A stretch of DNA of 64,000 nt from Camelus dromedarius (taxonomy: Eukaryota): the NCBI RefSeq assembly GCF_036321535.1, contig NC_087436.1, positions 97,032,001-97,096,000 of the forward strand, written 5' to 3'. Position numbers and translations under genes: made by a program. Below, in pieces: positions 40,163 to 56,812 of this stretch (positions are counted from its first letter, which is position 1; each line of letters opens with the position of its first letter). Under the pieces are notes generated by a model. The model had not been told where the DNA came from. It ran no database searches and saw nothing but the letters and a program-made list of their open reading frames with translations.

Positions 40163-42742
40163 CCCCAATAGAGAAAACCAAAATTTTGAATATTGTTAAT
40201 AGTAGTCAAAACTATAAAGTATCTAGGAATAAACCTAGCAAAGCATGTGTAGTACATGTGTGGAGAGTCTTATAACACTTCAATGAAAGACATTAGAAAA
40301 CTACACTGATAGAAGCATATATTGTAGGAAATAGATTAAAAGACTTAATATGCTAATGATGTCATTTTTCTCCAAACTGACCCATATGTCACAGGCAATT
40401 ATTAGCAAAATCCCAACAGAGTTTGTTCTTGTGGACCTTAATAAACTGATTCTATTTTATATGAATGGGAAAGTTTCAAGAAAAAAAGAACAAAAATTCT
40501 CCTAAATAAGAAGAATGTGATGTGATTTACCTACCATATATAGACTTATTATAAAGCCTTAATAATTATGATGGTGTTAGATTGGCTCAAAAAGACTGAC
40601 CAGAGGAACAACTCAGAATAAGGAAACTTGTTATATGACAGAGGAGGCATTGCAGGTTGTTGGGGAAAGAATCATTCAATGAATCATGCTGCTAAAACAT
40701 TACCCGCATTAGAAAAAAATGAATTCCTACCTCATACTGTATATAAAAGCCAATTTCAGATGGCTTGAAGACTTACATGAAATTAAAGTCTTTAAAATTA
40801 TAAGATAGCAGAGAAGAACATTTTTATAATTTCAGGAGATAGAAGTATTTTAGGACTAGACAAAAAGCACTAATCATAAAAGAAAAGTATAATAAATTTG
40901 GCACATGAATATAAAAATAAAGGCCACAAACTGGCAAAGGATTAGCATTGAGAATATAGATAATCTTATAAATCAGTGTAAAAAATTCAAAAATTAGCAA
41001 AGAAATTAACAGACATTTCACATAAGAAAACACAAATGGCTAACAAAAGACATTATGAAATATGTTACCTTCATTGTGATCAGAGCATTACAGATTAAAA
41101 CCAGATGAGACCCATTTTATACCTATTTGATTTTCAAAATTATAAAGTCTGAAAATATACAAAGCTAGAAAAGATAAGGGGCAAGAGTGGGAGTTTGAAG
41201 TTTAGTTCTACCAGTTCATAAAACTTGTGAAATTGTACATGTGCATACCCCCATGACTCAACAAGACTTCTGGGTATACACTCTAAAGAAGTACTTGTAG
41301 TGAAGTACTTTGAGTGAAGACTAATCATAATAGTACTATTTGTATTAGCAAAAATTGAAAACTACTCAAATGTCCAGCAGTAAGAACATTGATAAGTGAA
41401 ATATGAAATTATTCAACAGAATATTATATAGAAATGAAAATGAACTTTATCCAACTATAAATGAAAGGGCAAGACCATAAGACCATAGTAGGGTGTCATT
41501 TTCACAAACAGCAAGCCAAAGAAGACATTGTATAGGGATGAATAAAAACGTATGTGATAAAACTAAGAAAGAAAGAAAAGCAAAGGAATGACTTAAAATT
41601 TCCAAAGAGTGATTAACTTTGGTGAAAATGAAGAGCAATTATGTTAAGGAGGCAAGAAATGGAATGAGGAGCCAACCAAGGAAGTATTATTGTATTGATG
41701 TTATCTCATTTCTGAAGTTATGTGGTAGCTGTACCAATTTGCCCATTTTATTACTTTTTGTGATATGATGCATATATTGTACAGGTATTCTTGTATACGA
41801 CTCACATACTACATTTGAATAGATAACCTTAAGACCAATAGCACTATGTAGAAATGGCATTTTTCATGCAAAAAAAATTTTCCCATCTAACTCTCAAACA
41901 TATTTTATTGCATAATATGGAATACGTTTCTATTCAGTAAATTAATTTCTCCTTCCATTACTGTCAAGAAATCTTTTCTGGCTCATTATTAAGTGACTCA
42001 TTTTTTTCCCCCGAGAAATCATTCACACATGTAAGAATGTATTGCAATAAAGATCTTTTATTCTTTATATTCAGCCTATGTTTTTGCCTCAAATTGGTTT
42101 TATCTTTTCGTTTTATGGGGCATGGATTGCTTCAGTGTGTTTCCATTTCCACAGAAAATGTTCAACTGACATTCACCCTTTGATGAAAGAATGTTAAATA
42201 AATAATTCATATAGGTTCTCATTTGATCGTTGTCTGCTCCACTGGATAGGGAAAATGCATCTCCCATTTCTAGCACTAATAGCAACAGAGCATATTGTAA
42301 CTTACCAATTTAGTATTGTCAGAAAGTATAGAGAATTAATAGCACAACTTACATTTCCACAAATTTACTCATTAATATATTTGCTTCACCGAATTCAACA
42401 TGGCAGCTACTATGCTGCAATTACGCTGAGTGAAGATAGATGGGAGAGGGAATATCCTAGCATTACAGCATGATAGAGGATGTTCACAAATAGGGCTCCC
42501 ACAAAGAGAGGAACAGTCAGTCCCTCCCCGAGATCACAGAGCGTCTTGACAGATAGGGAAATAGTTGAGCTTCAGCTTACAGAATAAATGAGAGGTCTTC
42601 AGCTAAACATGGTAGAAAAAGGGTTTCCTAGCAGAGAGATCATGTACTAAGGAAGGCAAGGAAATGGAGGAAAAAAACGAAATTGGACCTTGGCCAACGG
42701 AATCAATGACAAATGGCAGTCCTAGAACACTGGACTAAATGT

Positions 42743-42768
42743 CACACACACACACACACACACACACA
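42743..42768. repeat. (CA)n microsatellite
   Basis: Direct reading. Confidence 0.9.
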
Positions 42769-45764
42769 AATTAGAGGAACTCAAAAAGTGGAAAGAAAAT
42801 CCCCTAAATCTGGGGGGAGGGGAATTGCAAAAAGCTAGGATTCTCTTTCCTCCCTAGGGAACGTGAGGGACTGATTCTAGGAACCCTCCCACTCTTATCA
42901 GGCTGTCCCTACCCCACCAACCATGCACACACGCCCGATGTGGGGGGGGGGGGCTGGAGTTTAACACTCACTCAGGCACATGAGATACAGCCTCCAACTG
43001 TTGTTAGCTGGAACTAACTCACTCATAAAACTGGAATCCCCAAAGGGCAGCACTGGCCATGAAATAAGAAACAACAAAAACAACCCAAATCCCACTGAAT
43101 GTTAGCTCAAGAAAGCACCAGTGAAGCACACAGAAGCTCTCTGCGTGGAAGGGGAGGGGAGGAGGAAAGCTGATCTGATCAAAAATTATAATCAATACTT
43201 GGAAATGAATTTCTAAAGCTAAGAGATACGGAGCGGAATTTGTGATGATAGGCATTTTACTAGATGACACCATGCTAACAGGTATCATAGTTAATAACAT
43301 CATGCTAATAGGTGATCGAATAATCCAAATGAGAAATAAAATGTAACTGTTTGCAATGATTAAAGGAATAAAAGAAGAAATAGAAAGCATACTGATACAG
43401 GGGTAACTTGGAAAAAGGTTTTTAAAATACAGCAATAGCCTTTTAGAAATGCCAATTCTAATTATTAAAATAAGCAGCTTAAACTGACAGTAAAACTGGT
43501 AAAATATATAATAAACCAAAGGAAGTCTTTACAAATACAGCATATAAAATATTTTTTAAAATATTAAACATTAAGATTAAGATGGACAATGGTATAAGTT
43601 ATGTTTAACCCATCTATATTTATTTAATACAACTGATGATTTTATTTATATAATCTTTTTGTCATCATACTGTTTTCTTGTTTTCTTTCTGTTATCTTTT
43701 TGCCATATGAACTTTACTTTGTCTTTTTCTTTTTGCTTTTATATTATTTATGTTCAATTCCAGATTTTTGAAAATAAGAATGACTCTCTATTCTTGATTT
43801 CTTAAATTTTATTTTATCAAATCAGCCCATTAATTTTATCTACTGATTTATTGTAAGAACATGTGAGTAGCACATTTTGTGAGCCCCTGTATTTAAAAAA
43901 AAAACAAAACACTTTTTTTAGATGAAAACCCTTCCCTTTGAAGGTTTTAGTCCATTTTTCCTTGATATTCACTGCTACAAAGAATGAAACTGGGACTAGA
44001 CTGATTTTATCCTTTTTACTTAATCTATTTCTGCTGAATGGATGCTTATAAAATGTATGTTTTATTTAAATGTACAGTTTAATTTGCCATATTATGTCTA
44101 AATATGGGATTTTTTCATAAATTTTGAAATCAGACTTTCTAACTCAAAGTTTTAATCAACATCAGCAAATTACATTTAACTACGCCTTTGATTATTGCTT
44201 CTTTTACGGTCATTTTGGTCTCTTTTTCAATGGTTCTTGTAATTATTAGGTTACATAACTTCAGATGAGTCCTTATCATACTTGGTGACTTTTCATCTCA
44301 GCTTGTAATCTTTGTGTCTCATCCTGTTGTCCTTTACACTTTTCCTGGTCTATCCTGATGGCTTTCTGTTTCTTAGAAATTTTGCTTACTGGGTACTACC
44401 AAACTTACAAAATAGATTTCTATAATATTCTCCAGGTAACTATAATTCTCATTATTCAAATTACTGTGAAATGTCAGGATGATGTCCTATTTCCTTATGT
44501 CTATAGTTTTTTGTTGTTGTTGTTGTTGTTGTTATTTTTGTTCTTCTTTTGAAATCTTGGTGTTGATTGGTATTGATTTTTTTTCCTTAAGACATCATGG
44601 AGAATTTGGATTTTTTTTCCTATCTTTGAATGAATATTTGTCCACCCACTTTTCAGTTTGGTAGCCACTTAAATCTCTTTCACAGATCTAGAGGGCAGAT
44701 CTGTGTGCATACTTTCTAAACCAATTTTCAGTGTCTAGTCATTTTTACTGAGTATAATTTCTCTGGGCAGAGGTGTAACCTTCTCCTATCTGTGCTGACT
44801 AGTTTTCCGATGCTTTGAATTTAACGATTAAGTGTGTGAAAACATGCCACCCTCAGCATGAATGTCTATTAGGCCTCTTACTGCCTCTACTTTTACCCCT
44901 ATGCTTTCAGCAACTTCACTTTTTTTTTTTATTACAAATTTCCAATTTCTTTCCACATTCTGCCCTGTTGTTTCTGAGGGATGTGGAAATATAGCAAAGG
45001 AGGGGCAAAGAAACTCTCATCTAGTCACTTCCACAAATATGTGTGTATTACAGGGACACATTTATATTCTCATTAGTATACACAGACTATGCGATTAACA
45101 ATCAGGGACAGGAAAATTGTTTTTTCTATCATCTTTCTGGCAAATGGAGCTGCTTTGTTTTATGATGTAAAGTACATGCCAGGCACAAATTATTTTTCAT
45201 TAATCCTTTGCAATCTACCAAATGGACAATAGAAATTCTTACTAGATTCTAGCAATAGGTCAACAGTTGGAATCAATTTTTAGAGTTACATGCTCACCTT
45301 TAAATATATGTGTGTGTGTGTGTGTGTGTGTGGTATATATGTATATAAAATACATATGTATATGTATTTGGGGGTATTTGAAAGTGAATGTCTTAATCTG
45401 TTAGACTAATACATTTTAAATTGGAAGTTCCAGGATATTTTTGGTTTTAAATCTTACTTTACCATGATAGACAGGAACACGGATTAACTCAGTTGCCAAT
45501 TGGAGTATAATTTCCCAAGTAGCAAAAATCTGAATCATGCCTATATTTCTATGTCACCTCTCACTTAGCTAACACTAGGGGAAGTCTAACTTCTCCTAGC
45601 CACAACCCAGTGTTCTACTATTGCCAGCTTCCTAAATTAGAAATACAGTGGGAAGTGAAAATATTCCACTTCTCAATTGCTAGTTTTGCAGCCTCAAACT
45701 GAACAGATGATGACTACATATAGTCATGACTAGAAATGGAGATACTTGAGTCCAGACCAAGCCT

Positions 45765-46055
45765 TAGTCCATCCTCCCTCAATGTCCACAAGACATTGAT
45801 TCCAGGACCCCACAGATACCAAAATCTGTGGATGCTCGAGTCCCTCAAGTAAAATATGGCACAGTCTTTGCATATAACCTGCACGTATCTTCCTGTATAC
45901 TTTTAATTATTTCAAGATTACTTATAATACTTAGTACAGAGTAAACACTATGTAAATAGTTGCCAGTTTGTAGCAAATTCAAGTTTTGCTTTGGAGAAGT
46001 TTCCAGAATTTTTTTTTGTTTTTGTAAAATTTTCACCCCACAGTAGGGTTGAAAG
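45765..46055 (+). mobile_element. MER2B-like TcMar-Tigger element
   Basis: ttccaggaccccacagataccaaaatctgtggatgctcgagtccct...gcaaattcaagttttgcttt matches recalled MER2B. Confidence 0.8.
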
Positions 46056-46876
46056 TAGTATCAACCTACAGATAGTTGTACTAGTTCTTAGTCTCACTGA
46101 GTTTCAATCTCTTACTGATGAAATGAAGGTAAGGTGGTGGGGAGGTTGGATGAGAATCTACAAAAGGAACCCGGCAAATAGTAGCTTCTCAGTTAATAGT
46201 AGTTATTATTTCAATCAAATGTCTGAAGTTGTTTCTCCCTCCGATGGTTTTTCAAAGAAGAAAAAAATTTCCCTTCAGAACCAAAGAATAGAAAGTTTCC
46301 CTTCTTCCTTTCTTATTAGGGAAAAAAGTATTAAATTGAAAGGACAGGAATTAAGATCAGAATTAGTATTACTCAATGTACCCTATTTGTTATTAGCATT
46401 TCACTTCTGATTTCATCTCTGGCTAGTTACTCAGTATGTAAATTAGTCTTATTCATGAGGATTTTCTTTAATTATAGAAATTAGGAGAGAAAGGAAACTG
46501 CCTACATGGTAAATATAGACTCAAATTTAACTTGTTTTGTAGACGATCAGGTTAATCTTTTCCCCACATTAACAGAACACTCTTAACCACAGAAATTAAA
46601 ATCATCATATCATATCTTTATAATTAATCATATAATTTTTTTTTGAAATCAAGGATTAATTTTACCTCTTTTGTGTCAATCTTATCACATAGCATACATT
46701 TGGACACTTTACAGCTAAAAATCATTACCCTTCTGGATCCACAATATTTTTTTCTACATTAAAAATATTTCATAATATCAGTACTGATATTTAAATATGA
46801 CATCTGGTTACATTTTTAATCACTTAAGTTTCTTTGTTTACCATCAAGTTAATTAGTGACAGTAAGGTCTAACTCA

Positions 46877-47122
<246 letters not shown>

Positions 47123-48116
47123 CTAAACAAAGAAAAAAATATATATATATATATTCCTGTATTTTGATAGCAAAGGATGCAAAATATCAGCACATTTCTG
47201 AGTCAGTTTTCTGAAAATTTAATAGAACATAGTTTTATACTTTTTCTATACCTTATTGGCTGGAATCAACACTACAATTGTTTATAAAAGAGCACAGCAT
47301 TTGGTCCTCTCTTTAGAAAGCCTTTCTGAAATCTAGGTTCCCTCTCCTATGTTATAAATAACTGAGAAACACACTTAATTGTAGGCAACAAAGTGACCTA
47401 GAAAATAAAATAGACATTTTACGTAATTTCTAATTAGAACTATTGTTAGAGCGAGTGATTTTCAGAAACTAGAAAAACAAGACTATATTTATTTGTTTCC
47501 TCTCATATAAAAATGGCTAACAAAAAATCTAGCATAATTCCAAAATTTCAAAGTTTATGGAAAATATTTATAAATACATTATTTATGTTTTCTCCCTAAC
47601 TTTTCTTCTTCATTTACCACTTACAGTAACAATAGAGAAACAGGGAGAGCTTGAGGGAGAGTTGAGGCCAGAAGGATAGGAAATATTGAGGAAACATGTC
47701 TTCTAAACTGTACATTGATGCATCATTGTACACCTTGCAAATAATGTTTGTGTGTATTAAATCCTCATCCCCCAAATTAAATATAACCAAATATTCATAA
47801 TCATAAATTTTTAATTGATTAGCCTCTTATTTAGCCATCCTCTCAGGTGGAAATCTTGAATCAGATGAAAGTCCCAATGTCTGGCATCAATTCTATCATA
47901 GATATTCAGTATTTTTTTTTGTCAACAAATATCATAAACAAAACAACAGAAAAAAATAGCTAGAAAAGACTTTCAAATAAGGCAAGGATTTATTTTGGAA
48001 TGAGATTCAATATGCTCCAAATCGTCACTGTATCACTGATGACACTAGCGTTAGATCATTAAAACTATAGGAGAAAAATTCATTTACTATTATTTTACAT
48101 ATTTATGTCTTCTTCA

Positions 48117-48374
<258 letters not shown>

Positions 48375-50239
48375 TTAAAGGACATTAAGACAATAAGATT
48401 AAAAGACATCAATACAGCAGTGTTCTGGGAATACATGCTGTGTATGACTGTGGAAAGGGAAAAAAGACCCCTAAAAACTATATGCTGTCCCTATAATCTC
48501 CCACAGTCGAGAATTACTTCATTAACCCCAAAAGGATGGTCCTTTCATGAGATGAAGTAGTAGATATTAGGAGTTTCTCAAATTTGGACTATACAACAGA
48601 AAAGAGAGAAATGTATTTTTAAAATTAAATTATTTCCCCCAAAGTGTAAATGTATAATGGGCAATCACATTTAGTGTTTTCACAAATATTAATTATTTTG
48701 GAATCCTATCCTCTTTTACCAGCATGGACTTTAAATATTGGCCTTTACTCAGAAGATTTAACACTGTTTTAGGAATTACAAGGACTGAAATTTCATCATT
48801 TGGGTAGTTTACACAAGTACTGTAGCACCCGTACTGTCAGTAAATTCCTCCTTCTGACAACTCACAATCTCGTGATAAAGTCGTTTTCTCTATTTCCCTC
48901 TTCCATGCAGTGGGAGCAGATGACTGCAAAGAGACACATTTGTGTTTCTTTTTCACATAGTGACATTTAAAATTGGAGTGCATAGATGCAGGGACATATT
49001 CGAGCTTTTTTGTCACACAAAAAGGAACTGAGTACATAAATGAAAACAGAATTATCTATTCAGATAATCACCAAAGCTTAAAATGAAGAGGAAGACTTAG
49101 AAGTAATCTGGTCTATTCATGCTTCCCTAAACACCAGCCGGGCTCCACCCTGGCATGAGTGGATAATCATGCAGACACACACACAAACATTTCAAGGACA
49201 ATCACAATGGAAAATAATCTATCATTTGAAAACTGACTAAGAAAGAGATTTCACAATTTCTTTGTGTGAATCCATCGCTGGGAAAATTCAGGGCATGATG
49301 AATGTTCCTAATTGGCTGGAGGGAAACAGTGAGAGAGAGAAGGGTTTTCTGGGAACTGGTGGTGGTTGCCATGCATTTAGAGTATTTGGCAGATTCTGGG
49401 GAAACGGAAGGGTTTTTAAGTGGGGGCGTGTCATGAATAGAACTCTGACGATAGTTTATCTGACTCCAGAATTAGAATTCATAAATGTCATATGAACCGC
49501 ATAAACATTTGGAAGGAATCCAGAGTTTAAATTCTCTTTAGTTAAAAATAGGGATAACTACAATTAGAAGAACATAAAAAGAAAAGTGTATGCTTTGTTT
49601 TTTCAGTAGACAATGGTTCTCTTACTTTTTTTCTCTTGTATTACTAAACATCTTGCATGTCTATTTGTTGAAAAGCACATGTGCTATGAAGTTTTTGTTT
49701 TTTTGTGACAGTCAGTGGAGTGGTCAAGATTAAACAGCCACAATCAAGGGCAATGCTGACTAGATTATTATACTTACAGGCTTCCTAGACTAAATGTAAA
49801 ATGTCTTAATTGCATGAACAGTAGTAAATAATTAGAACAGGCTTAGCTTTCATATTCAAATGTATAATCTTGTTTGTAGCTCAGAAAAGACCCAAGTCAG
49901 AAAAGGAAGAGATGAATTAAAAAATTGTTTGTATGAGTGGATTTTTTTTAATATTTATTCTTTGCCCTCCTCTTCAAATAATGACAACTTATATAAAACT
50001 GAAAAGAGAAATATTTTAATTGTTTAAAAGTAAGTTCAGTGGTCCACAGAAGAACTTTAAATTTTAGTTCCCATCAACTCTATGCTAAGTTTAATAATTG
50101 TGTATATATCTTCTTCAAAACATACGAATTTATCTCCGTAGATGGCTTTGGAGTTATTATAAAAAAGTCTACCATGAAAAATGACAATTTATTAGCTACT
50201 AGCATGTGTTTATAGGCTTCCTTTGATCTTCTTAAGAGC

Positions 50240-50430
50240 ATTTTTTTTTCATTTAATCCTTATGACCCTATCAGGTAGACACTGTTGTGTTCAGTTTTTA
50301 GATGAAGGAATTGAGTCATAGTGAGGTTACATAATTTACGCAAGCTCACATAGCAAGAAAGTGTAGGAACCAAACTTCAGACCAAGCCAGTCTTCCTCCA
50401 CAACCCACCTCCTAACTACCACATATACTG
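50240..50430 (-). mobile_element. MIR SINE
   Basis: catttaatcctta...tagatgaaggaattgag..atagtgaggtta..taattt..caag.tcacatagc (MIR core, reverse). Confidence 0.7.
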
Positions 50431-50864
50431 TTTTCCATGCACAGACTAAAAACATGATTTGTAGACTTAATAACTATCTCAAGGCACACACACAAACAAA
50501 TTGTTTATTTTTTACATATTTTTCCAATCCATGAATGATAAAAATAAACTACTATCATCTGGGGATTCTAGAATTTTTAAATTTAGACCATCACAAGAAA
50601 TGTTCATCTAAAGCTAGTCAAAGGCTGGAAGCTGATTAAACCATGATGTTGGCTTTGCTTCCCAGGCAAAATGATAACACTTTATGGGCCCTACACTTAA
50701 GTTCTTCATTCCCTAATTTGACCAATAAGCTCTGCTCTGTGACCTTTATGGTCGGCAAGGAGAAAAAACAGAAAAAGCACGAATTTACTGGCATAAATCT
50801 TAATCAACCCTTCCATTTGTTACCAGTGGAGCAACTGTATCTATACTAGCCTGTATAATATTTA

Positions 50865-51272
<408 letters not shown>

Positions 51273-51309
51273 TCAGTTATTTGAGTTATGGACTATGCAG
51301 TGAAATGCA

Positions 51310-51560
51310 TAGAAGCACAAGTCGTAGCCCCATATTGTCTTGCTATGACTCCCACTCTCCCACTTACTGACGGTGACTTTGGGCAAGGTACTCAGCCTCT
51401 CTGTGCTTCAGTTTCATCAACTGTAAAGTGACGATAAAATAATATGTATCTCATAGGAAGGCTGTGAGAATTAAATGAACTATTATGAGTTAAGAAATTA
51501 AAAAGCTATGCCTGGCACATAGTAGATACTGTATATGTTAGCTACTGTTACTCTTGTTAC
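51310..51560 (+). mobile_element. MIR SINE just upstream of exon 3 acceptor
   Basis: ccactt act..gtgactttgggcaag.tact.agcctctctgtgcttcagtttc.tca.ctgtaaa.tg (MIR core). Confidence 0.8.
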
Positions 51561-51989
51561 TATTGTTATTAGTATAATTATTTAAGCAGTCGATTTATTC
51601 CTCAATTTTGTTCATTCAAATATGAATCTTAAAATTGCTGGAAGCTTCTTGATAAACCAAGTCCTAATACCTGAGTAATTTTCTAAATTTTGATATTTGA
51701 ATTTATATATATATGTAGTATTGGAATTGTTTAAACACCTTAGATCTAATGATGATGTTTATTGTATTTTTAAGAAAAATTGAGAAAGGTACAAAAGTAC
51801 TGTGAATTTATGATTAATCAAGGTAATTAGAATATTTACAATTCTCAAAGAATCAATTCAAAAGCTTATTTTGACAATTGGTTTTACTGTTGCTTTTTGT
51901 ACCATCACCTTTGCCAAAGATTTTAGAGTCTTACAGATTGAATTCAATTTTGAGGTCAGTCCCTTACTATTTGTTTGACCTTCAACATT

Positions 51990-52220
51990 AATAATTATTA
52001 TTAAAATACTTTAGCTCTTTCTATGAACCAGGTTTTAGGCTACACATTATTTCATTTAATCCTCATACTATGGAGTCAGGCAGTACCATTTTACAGATAA
52101 GGTAACTGAGGTTTAGAAAATTTAACTTGCTGAAGATCATACAGGTGGTAAGTCGTAGAATCAATAACTGAATCCATCCATCTTTAACTCAAAACCCCAG
52201 ACTTCCTAGTATAATATCAT
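51990..52220 (-). mobile_element. MIR SINE
   Basis: tcatttaatcctca...ccattttacagataagg.aactgaggtttaga. Confidence 0.75.
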
Positions 52221-54607
52221 ACTTCCTCAAATCATTCCAAAACACTGGTTTCTTTATCCATTACAAAATTGAAACTAATACTAAATCTACAACAGTGTGA
52301 AGATTGAATAAGATAAAATATTTGAACTTCTTATAATAGTGAGTTAACACAAAATGAGTGCTCCATAAATGCTATATCTCTACATTAAAACTACCACTTT
52401 ATATTTCTCCTTGCTACTTCTCGTTTCATACCAGTGAAATGATTGAAATGTAAGCAGTGTTAAAAATAAGAGGATCTCTGTAAAATGCAGCATTAGTACC
52501 CAGTTGTAGAATAATCAGGTTTTAACTATTTTTCAATTAGTAGTCAATCGACTTTTACAGTGCCCTCTAGCCTAGAAATCTAAAAAAAATGTTGAAATTG
52601 CAGAGAGTTATTTGTATTTATAATTCTGAACCCATGACCTTAGAAGGAATAGAAAATGACCCAGCACATGGTTCTGTCTGAGTATTCTCTGATAATGGTG
52701 ATAATGGTACTTCAGAAAATGAGATACACTGTTTAATAGAGGAGACAATGATCCAGTCTTATGTAACGTCAAATATGACCCTCCTCGTGCCCTGGACAAC
52801 CATCTCAATGCATTCTTCCAAAAGGCTGACAGACAAAGTAGGGTGAGGAACCCTGTAAATGCTTCTATTTCCCCTAGCCCTAATCAAATAGATCTAGTCC
52901 AGCCACTAAAACGATCACATTGGTTTATTCTAGTGGTGTTTCCCTTTGAGTTTGTACACACTAGGACAACTACCCTGGAAGAGAGGGGCTTTTTTCAGAA
53001 CGCTCTCCAGGGAGGATGCACAAGAGGTTCCAAGCTAGGTTTTGTTTATGAGATTCATCTTTTTTGTGGCATGATGGCTTCCTAGCCTGAGGGATCGCAA
53101 TGAGTAGTCATCTTCTCAAACATGCAAGCCAAGCAAAATTGGTTTGCATGCCACAGAGAGGAAATCGCTCACTAGGGAACACCTAAAGGAGGTGTCAGAG
53201 GGAGTGGTTCAGCAGTGACTCATTAGTTGATGCTTTGAGTCATTTCTGAATGTGAAGATGTAAAGTGTTAATGTTTTTCTCAAGTGAAATGGGCGGCCAC
53301 ATATTGACTAACAGTTGTTTTAAAGGATCAGTAAGTCTTTCAAACCAGGGGGGGTCTTTCATGCACTGAATGTAGTTCTGTGACATCTGCAGAATTCATT
53401 AGATTTTTTTCAGACGTGTAGGGAATCTCACAGCTAAACTAGCTCAACCCTTTCATTCTGTAGATGAGATAACTAAAGTTAAAGTGAGCAAAATGACTAA
53501 AATGACTTGCCTAAGAGCACTGACTCATTTGTGATGTTGTGCTGGAAATGGCATTGTACGTCTGAAAGAGCAGAGGGGCTCAGTGAAAGGAGGTAGTGTG
53601 TGGGAGGTGGAGAAAGTGAGGGTTGCTGGGGGTGAGATAAATCAACACACTGTTATTGAGCTAAGTGGGAACATCTGCCAAGAGACAAGTGCTAGGCCCT
53701 TTACATGACTTTTTCATTTGACCTTCCCAACTACTCCAAGAAGTATATACAATTTCTACAAATAAGAAAACAAGGCTAAGAAATAAAACAAGTTGCCCAA
53801 GATCATAGAACTTGTATATCATATTTTTAGAGAAAAATTTAAAGCTGACTCCTAAATCAGTGATTTTTTAAATTACTTTTCCCCATTGCCTTCTAAGTTT
53901 CTTATTTTTACCGAGAAAGTAAGGCTTGTGAATATTTTATTTGGCAAGTATGGATTATTATTCCTTTGTACAGGGGAGATAATTCATTAAATAGATCAGT
54001 CAATTTCAACATTTTTTTTGAAGGCTCGGGCTCTCTGAGAACCTGGTGAAAGCTCTGAACACCCCCAAGGAGATAAAATAGGTATGAAAATATACATTCA
54101 ATTTTACGAACCTCCCAAAGCTTATCCATGAGCCTTCCTAGAGTTCTCCAGACACGGGGTAAGAATTCATGATGATTTATAAGTAAAATGATTCTGGGAA
54201 TTTATTTGAAGATACAAATAAGATAAATCTGAGGCTACAAAATTCTCTTTTAATATTTGAACTCTGCAGCTTCCTAGTTTTTCTTATGATAACTAAAGAG
54301 TAGTTATTTAGAAAAGTGTCCATTCTGGACAATTGTTCATTTTGACTACTTTATTACACAGTTACTTCCTTCTTCCTTTAAAGAAACATTTAATGTTTGT
54401 TTACTGAAACTAAACAATATTAGAAATAGCAGCCATATATATTTTTATGGGATTAATTTACATGGAATTATTGACATGTAATATCTTTTGGAGATCTGAA
54501 AAGTAAATATAAAATTTTATCCATGTATAAAAGCTATGTTTTATGTACAAGTGGAGACACACCTGTAAGTCGGCATATAGAAGCACCTCTCACATTGCAT
54601 TTACTTA

Positions 54608-55258
<651 letters not shown>

Positions 55259-56499
55259 CTAAACCAAATTATGTTTCTCCAATGATATGCCATGAGGTAT
55301 GGAGAGATACACCCAGAAATCTACAAAGACCCTTACCAGGCATTTAAGCCCCTCTCCCTCTTGAAGAAAAAGTCACTTGTACAACTGTAACTTTTTTTTT
55401 TAACACACCTAGGAGTTGGGGACATGTTGTCTTTTAATATAGTAGCAAAGAGTCAATCTAATTCCTCTTGCATGTGAAAATGTTTTGAACATTTGAAGAC
55501 AGGTATCATAACCCCCTCCATAAGATACTATTCATTTGAAGTCAACATCTTCAATCATTCCTCATTCAGAATGATTTTGAGAATTGTTTTCTTCTTTGGA
55601 TATACTATACAGTTTATCAATGATCCATCTGTAATTATTTGCCTAAAGTTTAGCAGAGCTCTTCAGATGAGACTTGGGTAGTAGGCATACCATAGATACA
55701 TTACCTCTGCTGGTGAAGATGGTATATTTTATTGAGTACTTTGTTTGTCATGGTGATTGGATTAGGTTCACACCATTCCTCCTGCCGAGCTTGTGATCAT
55801 TGGCAATTTTCAAATGAGTCTTTCAAAGAATAGCTCTTATCATACCAATTCTCTGATTAGAACCTGGCTACTCAAGAAGTAATAAACCAAGTGAAGCCTC
55901 ATCACCCTGGTATAAGCCCTCACCATGATCTGATCTGATGTACTCTCTCCCTGCATCCCCATTTCTTGTTATTCTCCTATTTGTCCATCCCTCCTCTCCT
56001 CACAGCTGGAGTCACCTAATGGCTTCCTACAGGCTTAGCGACTCTCCAATCTTTAGAATTCAGTTCTGAACTCGGGAATATGTCACTTAAGGCCCCATAG
56101 TTAGTGTTTTCAGAATCATCACTAAATCATCCTTTCACTAGTCTAACTTTATTTTCAGGCTCCAGTTCTGACAACTTGTTTTTTGTCTTATGTCTGAGAC
56201 CCTGTCTTTATTTTGAACTCCTCTTCTGGTAGCTGAGTCCTTCTCATTTTCCATGAGTAATTATTTGTCTTTGTATGTTGCCTAGAACCACATTCAGTTT
56301 TCTCCAGAGATTCGGTTCCTATCTATGTACTCTAGCTGATGATCTCTGGGTCACACGCTTTTGGACAGATTCCCCTGATGTCCACTATCTGCCTTCTAGA
56401 CTGAATTTCTTAATACTATCTGCCCTGGATTCCTGATTGATGAGACCTGCCCACTTGCCTTGACATCATTTTTGTGTGTGTGTCTTTTGGGGGGGGGGG

Positions 56500-56812
56500 T
56501 TTCTTTTTTCTTTTATTGAAGTATAGTCAATTTACAATGTGTGTTAATTTCTGATATACAGCATAGTCATTCATTTATACATATATATTCTTTTTCATAC
56601 TCTTTTTCTTTATGGGCCATTACAAGGTATTGAATATAGTTCCCTATGCTATACAGCAAGACCTTATTTTTTAAATCTATTTTATATATACTAGTTAGTG
56701 TCTACAAATCTTGAACTCTCAATTTATCCCTCCCTACCCGCTTTCCCCACTGGTAAACATAAGTTTATTTTCTGTATCTGTGAGTCTGTCTCTGTTTTGT
56801 AAATAATTTTTT
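56500..56812 (-). mobile_element. Young L1 3' end fragment in intron 1
   Basis: ttttattgaagtatagtcaatttacaatgtgtg...tgagtctgtctctgttttgtaaataa, same family as the 18038 and 11655 copies. Confidence 0.88.

Larger units (their letters stand above)
37930..41820 (+). mobile_element. Mosaic of old L1 ORF1/ORF2/3'UTR fragments, interrupted by an LTR and a microsatellite
   Basis: Peptide [33 protein letters not shown] (ORF 39316-39780). A-rich ORF1-like tract 38000-38735. Confidence 0.8.

Noticed and set aside
39888..40257. YI/TH-repeat ORFs (also at 11627-11990)
   Set aside because: Translations of dinucleotide microsatellites.
43019..43519. 166-aa hydrophobic ORF resembling a membrane protein
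   Set aside because: Non-ATG start, T-rich antisense reading of A-rich (probably L1-derived) DNA, no splice or homology support.
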